Origin: an uncultured Desulfosarcina sp.
GTDB lineage: Bacteria > Desulfobacterota > Desulfobacteria > Desulfobacterales > Desulfosarcinaceae
Assembly: GCA_963674945.2 (NCBI GenBank)
Contig: CAXXWQ010000003.1
Location: 1,824,001-1,888,000, forward strand
Direction of reading: 5' to 3'
DNA length: 64,000 bases
Positions 21,355-30,500 of the stretch are shown here, in pieces. Under the pieces are notes generated by a model. The model was not told where the DNA came from, ran no database searches, and saw only the letters and a list, made by a program, of their open reading frames with translations. The stretch's first letter is position 1; each line of letters opens with the position of its first letter. A program made the position numbers and the translations under genes.

Positions 21355-21957
21355 GTGGACAATAATGCAAAGGATACATTCGCCTTTGATCTGGAAAATC
21401 GTCTCGATGATTTCTTTAGTGATTCCGAGCCTCCCCCGGATGCGGCACCGGAACTCGAAGATGACTTTATTCTAAAGGATTTGAAGTCGGCGGTGCTGGC
21501 CATCGACTGGGAAATCACCGATGATGCACTCGATGATTTCATCACACAGCTCCACAACCTGGAGGAACCATTTGAGAAAGACAAGGTAAACCAGACGTTC
21601 CTCAAAATACAGATCGCACTGGCGAAATATCTTCGTCTCCACAAGTCGAAGGCACATCCAGATGCCATAAAATGTGTGATGGCCGTCTATTCGGCCCTGG
21701 AAAAAGCGGTTACCGAAACGGAACTGAGCCAGGGTGAAAAGGAGGAGATGCTGGCGGAGCAGGTGAAACGATTCAAACAGTTAAAGGCGATGATTTTCCA
21801 GTCTAAATCTGCAACATCCAAGGCAAGCGACGAAGGCCCGTCGTCGAAAAAGCTGCCGGACATGGACAAACTGATCGACGCCATTGCTGATCTCAAATCA
21901 ACGGTTTTGCAGGAGATTGCAGCCATTCGAAAGGAGATCGAACAGCTGCAAAAATAG
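21355..21957 (+). CDS. Hypothetical helical protein (DLENRLDDFF and LKSAVLAIDWEITD motifs)
   Basis: GTG start after AGGAGG, 11 nt downstream of mglA; acidic N-terminus and coiled-coil C-terminus. Confidence 0.75.
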   Translation: MDNNAKDTFAFDLENRLDDFFSDSEPPPDAAPELEDDFILKDLKSAVLAIDWEITDDALDDFITQLHNLEEPFEKDKVNQTFLKIQIALAKYLRLHKSKAHPDAIKCVMAVYSALEKAVTETELSQGEKEEMLAEQVKRFKQLKAMIFQSKSATSKASDEGPSSKKLPDMDKLIDAIADLKSTVLQEIAAIRKEIEQLQK

Positions 21958-22018
21958 GTTTTCGATCCCACCCACCGACAGCACCAGGAAATCCAAACGC
22001 ACGGGCGCACTTTCCGGC

Positions 22019-23062
22019 TCAAGGCCGAAGGATCGTATCAATGCCTTGGACGTTATCTGTTGATGCCCCCAGGGCCAGACGATCATCCACCAGACCGGTT
22101 ATATCTGCATTTTCAATCAATTGGTATCGGACCATGAGATCGGCGATTTCCTGAAGTCCCGATTCTTTCGGGACGAACCGATCGTATATGATCCTGCCTT
22201 TCGGAACGCGCAGAGCATACCCAACGACATCGATGGTTTGGTTCCAGTAACCGGAAACAATCCGCGCCGCTTCGTCAGGATTTCGGCTGGCCCACAGGCC
22301 TGCACGAATCGCCGATTCGACGAGTTTCTTCGCTTCCACCGGGTTGTCGTCGAGCCATTGTTTTTTCACCAATACGAGGTTGCATATGAAATTGGGCCAC
22401 ATGGATTCCGCATGGGCGATCACATCCGCCCTGCCCCCATATACCGTTTGGGCGGCAAAGGGTTCACCGACAAAATAGGCGTCCAGAGTTCCGGCGGTCA
22501 GGGCCGCAGCCATATCCGGCGGGTTCATCTCCACGACCCGAATCGTCCCGGTAAGCCCCTTTTCCTCAATCTCTCGCTGCAATGCGAGATTATGTCCCGA
22601 GTAGCGCATGGGCACGGCGATCGTGCTTCCCGAAAGGGATGTAAGGCCTCTTGCGTTAAGTGTCTTTCTGGCCACAAGTGTACTTTCGTTGCGGTTGCCG
22701 ATTAAAACCACTTTCACGTCAGCACCCTGCTGGCGAAGCACCACGGCCAACGGCGCGATGATAAACGCCACTTGGATGCTGTCATTTCGCAAGGCCTCTG
22801 CCATTTCTGCGAATGACGCAAATTTAATGGATTCAAAACGAATTTCCCCGCCGTCCTTCGTCACGTGATCCAAAATCGGGGCAGCCAGATTGGTGACTAC
22901 AGGCATATATCCCATTCGAATCAACTTCTGCGCCCTTTCGTCATCGTTCAGGCGATGGTGAAGCCAGGAGATGAAGAGCAGCCAGACCAGAAAGCACAGA
23001 AACAATCGAAGTGAAAGTGGCCACCTAAAAAATGTAGATAGACCGTTTTCCCTATACGGCAT
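22019..23062 (-). CDS. NitT/TauT (CmpA/NrtA/SsuA-like) ABC transporter substrate-binding protein
   Basis: IRMGYMP, MNPPDMAAAL.AG.LDAYFVGEPF, N-terminal membrane anchor; overlaps the ATPase gene. Confidence 0.85.
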   Translation of the reverse strand: MPYRENGLSTFFRWPLSLRLFLCFLVWLLFISWLHHRLNDDERAQKLIRMGYMPVVTNLAAPILDHVTKDGGEIRFESIKFASFAEMAEALRNDSIQVAFIIAPLAVVLRQQGADVKVVLIGNRNESTLVARKTLNARGLTSLSGSTIAVPMRYSGHNLALQREIEEKGLTGTIRVVEMNPPDMAAALTAGTLDAYFVGEPFAAQTVYGGRADVIAHAESMWPNFICNLVLVKKQWLDDNPVEAKKLVESAIRAGLWASRNPDEAARIVSGYWNQTIDVVGYALRVPKGRIIYDRFVPKESGLQEIADLMVRYQLIENADITGLVDDRLALGASTDNVQGIDTILRP

Positions 23063-23849
23063 AATTCACTCCCATCAACAGAAACAACTCGTCTCTCAAT
23101 CGATGCAGGGCATCGGATTTTTCAAAATGCCTGGGACGTGGAAAGTCGAGTCTGCGATCCATTACCACACTTGTAGGGGATTTTCCTAAAATTACAATAC
23201 GATCGCCCATGATCAGGGAGTCGTCGATGTTATGTGTGACCAACAAAATGGTGCTATTGATAAATGTGTGCATGTTTACCACTTCCTCTCGCATTTTCAT
23301 ATGCGTGAGGAAATCGAGACCGCTAAAAGGTTCGTCCATGATCATGATGTCAGGATTTACAGCCAGTGCCCGTGCAAGTTCGGCCCGGCGCTGCATACCA
23401 CCCGAAAGCTGTCTGGGATAGTGCTGCTCGAATCCTTCCAATTCAACCATTTCGATGTATTCCATCACCCGCTCCTGCTTCTCCCTTTCGTTTTTCAAGC
23501 GACGAAGCCCCAAACTGACATTTTCGGCCACGGTCAGCCAAGGGAACAGACCACTGTGCTGGAATACGAAAATATGATCCGCCGAAGGCCCTTTTACTGT
23601 TTTACCATCGATTTTTACGCTACCCTTCGTGGGTGATTCGAATCCGGCGATAATTTTGAGCAATGTCGATTTTCCACAACCGGACGGGCCTAAGATACAA
23701 ACCATCTCTCCATCGGTAATTCGAATGTCGATATCCGATAATACGGAAATGAAATCTCCTTGCCGCTGGTCTGAATCACCTTCACACCGAGGGATCCTGC
23801 GGCGATTCACATATGACTTGCTCAGTTTTTCAATGGAAATATTACCCAT
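23052..23849 (-). CDS. NitT/TauT ABC transporter ATP-binding protein
   Basis: GPSGCGKST, LSGGMQRR, MDEPF, VTHN. Confidence 0.93.
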   Translation of the reverse strand: MGNISIEKLSKSYVNRRRIPRCEGDSDQRQGDFISVLSDIDIRITDGEMVCILGPSGCGKSTLLKIIAGFESPTKGSVKIDGKTVKGPSADHIFVFQHSGLFPWLTVAENVSLGLRRLKNEREKQERVMEYIEMVELEGFEQHYPRQLSGGMQRRAELARALAVNPDIMIMDEPFSGLDFLTHMKMREEVVNMHTFINSTILLVTHNIDDSLIMGDRIVILGKSPTSVVMDRRLDFPRPRHFEKSDALHRLRDELFLLMGVNYAV

Positions 23850-23858
23850 TCCTCTCCC

Positions 23859-24671
23859 TTATTCCATCGTCACACGCCAATTTATGGATTCCAATTTCCC
23901 TAGTTTGTGCATGAAAAAATCCAGTGCCAGGCCGACCAGTCCGATGACGATCATGCCATCGATCACATAGTCCATGCGCAATGCATTTCTCGCATCCAGG
24001 ATCAAAAAACCGAGTCCCGACTGAACGGCAATCATCTCCGCAGCCACAACCACCAACCATGAGATGGTCACGGTCATCCGCAAAGCCGTGATCACGTCGG
24101 GAATGATTGCGGGAATCACGAGGCGAAACACGGTTTCGATCCGGGAAAAATTGAAGTTGGATGCCACATAAAAATAGGTGGGGTTGATATTGTCCACGGC
24201 GATCGTAGTGGAGACGGCCATGGGAAAAAAACTGGATAGAAATATCAGGAAGACCGCCGGAGGATCACCGATACCGAACCACAACATGGCCAAGGGAATC
24301 CATGCCAGGGGAGATACCGGACGTAAAAATTGAATCAATGGATTGATGATTGATCGAAAGCTTTTCGTCATGCCGACGGCAATCCCCACGGGGATCCCCA
24401 CGATTGCCGCCAGATAGAAACCCAGTGTGACACGATACAAACTGGCAACGGTGTGCCTGAGAAGTCTTCCGTCGACGATCAGTTCAACCAAACTCTTCAG
24501 CACCAGGACAGGTCCTGGGAATACTCGGCTGTTCCAACCACTGTAACGACTGAGCAACTCCCAAAGGAGAAAAAGCACGGCAAAACCGAAAAAAGGCAAT
24601 ATATGTGCAAGAAATTTTTTTTCGGTCTCTTTTTTCTCTCCAATCATGATTGAATTTTCAAGATTGGTCAT
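23859..24671 (-). CDS. NitT/TauT ABC transporter permease
   Basis: SLYRV..GF, LRPVSPLAWIPL, WLVVVAAEM..SGLG. Confidence 0.92.
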   Translation of the reverse strand: MTNLENSIMIGEKKETEKKFLAHILPFFGFAVLFLLWELLSRYSGWNSRVFPGPVLVLKSLVELIVDGRLLRHTVASLYRVTLGFYLAAIVGIPVGIAVGMTKSFRSIINPLIQFLRPVSPLAWIPLAMLWFGIGDPPAVFLIFLSSFFPMAVSTTIAVDNINPTYFYVASNFNFSRIETVFRLVIPAIIPDVITALRMTVTISWLVVVAAEMIAVQSGLGFLILDARNALRMDYVIDGMIVIGLVGLALDFFMHKLGKLESINWRVTME

Positions 24672-24688
24672 ATTGAACCAAAAGGATA

Positions 24689-25450
24689 TCAGTAACTGTT
24701 ATAAATCAAATGAATTCCGATGAGCGTGAGAAGAAAAATGAAGACTTCCTTGAGTATTCTCTCATTAATCTTCTCGGCAAGCCGAGGGCCAACCTGACCG
24801 CCGATAATAACACCCGGGACGGCCCAAGCAAGCGCCCACAACTCCGCTTTTGCACCGAAGGCCAGATGAATGATGGCGGCAACGACGCATGTACCGAAAA
24901 TCGCCACAATACTGGTGGAAATGGCCGTTCGCATTTGCAGGTTCAATCGTCCCCGCATAAAGGGAACCAGCCACTCGCCGATGCTCACGCTGAGCATCCC
25001 GCTTGCGATGGCCATGGTCGAGACGATCCAGCCATATCGCCATGCCTGCTTCACCGGCACACGAAGCAAACCGGTATCGCTATATTTCTGATTGAACGAT
25101 ACGAAGATAAAGGCCGTCGTCAATGTCAAGATCCCCAATGCCAATTCCAGGTTGGCCGACGAAAGCGACCGGGTAAGCAATGCCCCGAAACCGAGACCGG
25201 GTAGGGTCACCACCAAAAAAAATCCGGCCAGATGAAGGTCCGGTGTTTTCCGTTTGATATAAGCGATGCTTCCCGATCCCATGCCGGCCGTTTGCACAAG
25301 CAGGGAAGTGACGATCGCCGTTTCGGCGGGCAGTTTCAGGAAAATGAGAAAAAAAGGCATCCATAGGATACCACCGCCGATGCCGACCGTCGAAACCAGG
25401 CCGGCGATGATCACACCCACTGGCAGAGCCCATGGCGTAAGGCCCATCAT
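24689..25450 (-). CDS. TauE/SafE family (sulfite exporter-like) membrane protein
   Basis: GIGGG..P, AI.TS repeated in both halves, about 8 TM helices; ATGA overlap with the upstream gene. Confidence 0.85.
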   Translation of the reverse strand: MMGLTPWALPVGVIIAGLVSTVGIGGGILWMPFFLIFLKLPAETAIVTSLLVQTAGMGSGSIAYIKRKTPDLHLAGFFLVVTLPGLGFGALLTRSLSSANLELALGILTLTTAFIFVSFNQKYSDTGLLRVPVKQAWRYGWIVSTMAIASGMLSVSIGEWLVPFMRGRLNLQMRTAISTSIVAIFGTCVVAAIIHLAFGAKAELWALAWAVPGVIIGGQVGPRLAEKINERILKEVFIFLLTLIGIHLIYNSY

Positions 25451-26070
25451 GGCATGCCATCCACAGAATAGAGTTTGAAAAGATCGATGACGCTGCCCAG
25501 AGTGGTCAATTCCGCTTCCAGACGAAAGAGTTTATTGTTGAGAAGTTCTCTTCCCTCCGGCATCACACTACTGTCTGCTTGCTGTTTCTTTGCAATGTCC
25601 ACCACCTTTTTGGAAGACTCACATACACTGCGGGACAGCATGATGATCTCCTGCAGATTGGTGGACATGTCGTCGATGGCGGCTGACAACTGAGACAGTT
25701 CGTTTTTCATCCTCACCCCTGAAGTCTTGCTCAGATCGCCTCCGCAGATTGCCTGGGACACCACCACCATATGCTGCAGTGGTTCGGTTATCGTTTTAAT
25801 GAACATGGTCAGCACGATAACAACAACGGCGAGGATTACACCGACCATCATCATCGCTTTGGTTCGGATTCGCTGCAGTGAATCGACGGCGTATGACTGC
25901 ACGGTCTCTTTGTCATCGATACCATCCCAATCCGCCTTGAGCGCATGGTTCCACTTCCCCGAATGGGTTTCCATGACAAATTCTGCGGCCACCATCAAAG
26001 AGGCAAATCCGATTAAGAGAAAATATACGATCATGGTACGTTGGAGCGAATAAGTATTAGATGGTTTCAT
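25447..26070 (-). CDS. Small two-TM HAMP-domain protein (receptor-like, no MCP signalling hairpin)
   Basis: Two TM helices, ITEPL..M......I..GDL......NELSQL...IDDM HAMP, short tail; ATGA overlaps on both sides. Confidence 0.75.
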   Translation of the reverse strand: MKPSNTYSLQRTMIVYFLLIGFASLMVAAEFVMETHSGKWNHALKADWDGIDDKETVQSYAVDSLQRIRTKAMMMVGVILAVVVIVLTMFIKTITEPLQHMVVVSQAICGGDLSKTSGVRMKNELSQLSAAIDDMSTNLQEIIMLSRSVCESSKKVVDIAKKQQADSSVMPEGRELLNNKLFRLEAELTTLGSVIDLFKLYSVDGMP

Positions 26071-27524
26071 AGTGCCGTATCATTACCGGTTTTCACTACC
26101 GTCTTTACGAGGTCGTCAGGGATCACTTCCACATCTGCAAGACCGCTTTCCACCACACGGTCCAGAGGCTCTGAAACCATGCTGGATTCACGCTTGCGCA
26201 AAATGATCCGACCGCCACTGTTTTTCACTGCCTGCAATCCGGACTGGTCCCCGGCGTATGCGCCGGATAGCAAGACGATCGTCAAGCGATCTTTGAAGAT
26301 TTCGGCGGCCCTGGACAAGAAATGATCGACGGGAACCCTCTGGTCTTCAGGTAAAAAGGGGTCCGGTTCGATAACGAAAGCGTCATCGCCGCTGTTCACC
26401 GAAAGGGGACAACCCACAATTCCCACATATGTGCGCCGGACCAGAAGCGGAGTCCTTCGGTCGATGGATGTTGCATGAATCCCCAATCGATTCTGGAGAT
26501 ATTCGGCAAAGGCGGTGCTAAACGTCGGGGGCAGACTCTCCAGGGCAACAACGGCTGCCGCCATGGAATCCAACGAGGGGATCAGGCCGGACAAAAGGCC
26601 AATCTGATCTGAAAAACCGCCGGCACCACTAATTACGACGACCAAGCTTCGACACGGAAGTTCGGGCGGGGCGACGTATTCCGATTTGGACAGACGTACG
26701 ATCCTGAAATTCTCAACTCTCGCCGTGGCGGCGAGTCGAATTCGCTCGTGTATTTTTTCTTGTTGAACCAGGATATCCTGACTTCTGGTGGGCTTGCTCA
26801 TGAAATCCACGGCGCCCAATTCCAAAAACTTGAAGATTGACCGAAAGGCTCCCTCTCCCGGACTTGACATGATGACCACCGGACAAGGTTTTTTGATCAT
26901 GATATGTTTGATGGTGCTGGTACCGTCCATCACAGGCATGTTCACATCCAGTATCACCAGATCCGGTGAAAGCTCGTCGATCAGTGCAATCGCCTCCCGG
27001 CCATCGCCAGCCATTCCGACCACTTTGACCCAGTCCCGCGAGGTTAAAAGATTGGCGAGAATTTTTCTCATCATGGGCGAGTCATCGACGATGAGAACCC
27101 GCATGCGGGCCTGGTCATTGCTCGCGTCGGCATCGCAGGTTTCCGAGGCGAGTTTCGATTCGGACTTGTATTTTTCGTCGAAACGCCGTGCGGCCTCCAT
27201 GATCAACATGTTGTAATTTTGCGAAATTGTTTTTTCGAAGGGTTTGGATACCGAATCGGTTTCGAAGCGCCCGGTCTGCCAACCCAGCATATGGTAAAAG
27301 GCTGCCTCACCGACAAGCCCCTGGCAGACTGCATGAACGATCTCCCCCTCAACAAAAACGATGGAGCCGGCTTGATCGGCATTTTCAACTTGCAGGCAAA
27401 GGCTGGAAGCCGACAAGCAGAACATCTGGATCAAGTCCACCAAATAGACGTCTTTCAATTTTCCGGTAAAGCCACCTACTTTATCCGGAGAAGCGTCAGT
27501 TATATCGGAGCACTTGATTTCCAT
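26067..27524 (-). CDS. DUF4388 + receiver + degenerate CheB methylesterase-like protein
   Basis: GFTGKL..V.LVDLIQM...G.I.F.EGEIVHA (DUF4388/PatA_N); REC with VLIVDDS and DVNMPVMDG; CheB fold with altered catalytic motifs. Confidence 0.8.
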   Translation of the reverse strand: MEIKCSDITDASPDKVGGFTGKLKDVYLVDLIQMFCLSASSLCLQVENADQAGSIVFVEGEIVHAVCQGLVGEAAFYHMLGWQTGRFETDSVSKPFEKTISQNYNMLIMEAARRFDEKYKSESKLASETCDADASNDQARMRVLIVDDSPMMRKILANLLTSRDWVKVVGMAGDGREAIALIDELSPDLVILDVNMPVMDGTSTIKHIMIKKPCPVVIMSSPGEGAFRSIFKFLELGAVDFMSKPTRSQDILVQQEKIHERIRLAATARVENFRIVRLSKSEYVAPPELPCRSLVVVISGAGGFSDQIGLLSGLIPSLDSMAAAVVALESLPPTFSTAFAEYLQNRLGIHATSIDRRTPLLVRRTYVGIVGCPLSVNSGDDAFVIEPDPFLPEDQRVPVDHFLSRAAEIFKDRLTIVLLSGAYAGDQSGLQAVKNSGGRIILRKRESSMVSEPLDRVVESGLADVEVIPDDLVKTVVKTGNDTAL

Positions 27525-27571
27525 TGCCTTTTTGTCCTAACTTACCAACAGGGAACGATGGCCCCGGGTTC

Positions 27572-30500
27572 TCAAAACACGGTGGCCGATATTTTTTTTT
27601 CCGTGAGCCATTCCTTTGCCATGGTTACCAATTCGTCCACGTTGAGAATCAACGAGATGCCACCGTCTCCCAAAATGGTTGCCCCCGAGATCCCGCTTTT
27701 TTCCTGCAGGTAGTCATCCAAGGGCTTGACGACCACTTCCTGCCGTCCCAACAGCGTGTTGACGATGAATCCGGCCCGTCCTGTGGCTGCATTGACGACG
27801 ACGACACAAAGGCGGCCTGTATCGCTTACCGGTGAAAATGTTTTCATATGCAGGATATCGGTCAGACGGATCAGCGGCAGTGGCTCATCGTGCAGATGGA
27901 TGACTTCGCTGCCGTCTACGAAAAAGATCTCACCCTTATCGACGTGCAATGTCTCTGCCACCGTACTCAACGGGATCGTGAAGTGAGCGCCTTCGCAATG
28001 AACCATCAAGGCGGGAATGATGGCCAGCGTCAGTGGTATCGTAATGCGGATTCGCGTTCCCACATCCTGCCGGGTATCGATCATCATGGTTCCGTTGATT
28101 TTTTCGATGTTGCGTTTGACCACATCCATCCCGACGCCTCGCCCGGAAGTGTGCGTGATCTTACTTGCGGTGGAAAAACCCGGCAGCATGATCAGGTCCA
28201 CCAACTCCCTTTGATTTATGTCGGCCAAAGTCGCCGGATCGACAAGGTTTCTCTCCACGGCCTTTTGCCGAACGCGGGACAGATCGATCCCTTTTCCATC
28301 ATCGGTGATATCGATGACGACGTTGCTCCCCTCCTGGTAGGCGGCAAGGACCAGAACACCCGTTTCGGGTTTGCCCTTGCGTTTTCGTTCCTCCCGGGTC
28401 TCGATACCATGATCCACGGCGTTGCGAATAATATGGATCATCGGATCGGCCAGTTGTTCGATCACCATTCGATCCAGTTCGGTCTCCTCACCCTGGAACT
28501 GCAGTTGAACCTTTTTATCGGTATCCTTGACCAAATCGTGGATTAATCTGGGATACCGATTGAAAAGCTGTGCGATGGGCAACATCCGAACCTTCATTAC
28601 CTGTTCCTGGAGTTCTCCGCTTACCCGTCCTAAAACCGACGTGGCATCATTGATACGGGCGGCCAGACTGTTCACCATGCGAAGATCCGCCTTGTCCATG
28701 TCAAACCGCTGGTTGAGATATTGGATCAAATCTCGCATCTGATGGAAAATCTGGGAAAAGGAGGAACGGTTAACCACCAGTTCACCAACCTGGTTCATCA
28801 AACTATCGATTTTTTCTGCATCGACGCGGATGCTCTTTCGAATCATCTTTCGCGCCTTGAACGCTTCGGTCGATTCCGGCGGTAAAGTCGATCTTTCTCC
28901 AGTTACCTTCTCTTCGGTCGAAGGTATTGAGAAATCGAATGAAGGTGCGACGACAGATTCTTCTTCGGCGGAATCATCGCGGCCCACTGCGGGTATCGGC
29001 TTTGCCATGGGCCACAATTCCACGAAATCGTCCGAAGTCTCTTCGAGTTGCTCGCGCGTCTCTTGGGCAAAATCCGATAGGAGAGAAGCGTCTGCAGCCG
29101 GGGCCGTCGATGACTCCGAGGACAACGGTTCCTGTTGAGGCTCCTCATCCGGGTCCGGGGACAATTCCAACTCGTGCTCATCTTCTTCCTGGTGAAGGCT
29201 GTGGTCCAATTCCTCCTCATCGAGAAGTTGATCTTCGTCAAGGTCTTTTTCCGCGATCGTCTCCGTCGGGCTCGCCATGGACGAAACATCCATATCCGCA
29301 AGCGTCTGAAACTCGGGAAAAAGCGCCTGGATACGCCGGACGGATGGAACCAGGTGGGATTCAACGAACGATGCTGCCGCGTCGGCATCCGGATTTCCGG
29401 CGGGATCGCAAAGGGGCGACAGGGCCGCCGTAAGATCGTCGTAGATCCGGTTGATGGCATCGAATCCCATGTAGTTGGCCGTTGCGGACATCCGGTCCAC
29501 CTGGTCGGCCAGCTTTCCCACCGCGGTCTCAAGATCGCTTCCTTCCATGATCCGCCGCGCCGTCGCCATCAACGCCTCGATCCCGGCGATCAGTTGTTCC
29601 ATGAAAATCGTCAGCAGTTCCGCATCCGTCTCCTTGTCAGCATCCAGGGACCCATCTTCGGCCGTCTCTTCTCCGGACGGTGTCGATTCTTCGGAAAGCG
29701 CCGTCACACGAGAAAGCAGATCGTCGATCTCGCTGCCCTCTTCGCCCGACGATTCGATCTCGGTCACCAACGCCTCCATACGGTCCCGGGCATCGATGAA
29801 AAGGTCCACGGCGATCTTGTCGCAGGATCGCGTGCCGCTTCGATACAGGTCCAACAGATTCTCCAGACGGTGGGACAAATCGGCGATTCGATCGAATCCT
29901 AAGTACTCGGAGGCACCCTTGATCGTGTGAATCGAACGGAAACTGTCATTCAACAGATCCGGATCCGAAGGGTTCAAAGCCATCTGTAACAGCGAGCTTT
30001 CCAATGCGTCGAGATGCTCGCGCGTCTCTTGGGCAAAATCCGCTACCAGGGATGGGTCTGCTGCCGGAGGCATCGATGCCTCCGGTGAAGACGGTTCCGG
30101 TTGGGGCTCCTCGTCCAGGTCCAGGGATAATTCCAACTCGGGTTCATCCTCTTCCTCCTGGCCAAGGCTGTCGTCCAGCACTTCCTCATCAAGGAGCAGA
30201 CCTTCGTCAAGATCAGTTTCCGTGATCGTCTCTGTCGGGCTCGCCATGGACGAAACATCCATATCCGCAAGCGTCTGAAACTCGGGAAAAAGCGCCTGGA
30301 TACGCCGGACGGATGGAACCAGGTGGGATTCAACGAACGATGCTGCCGCGTCGGCAACCGGATTTCCGGCGGGATCGCAAAGGGGCGACAGGGCCGCCGT
30401 AAGATCGTCGTAGATCCGGTTGATGGCATCGAATCCCATGTAGTTGGCCGTTGCGGACATCCGGTCCACCTGGTCGGCCAGCTTTCCCACCGCGGTCTCA

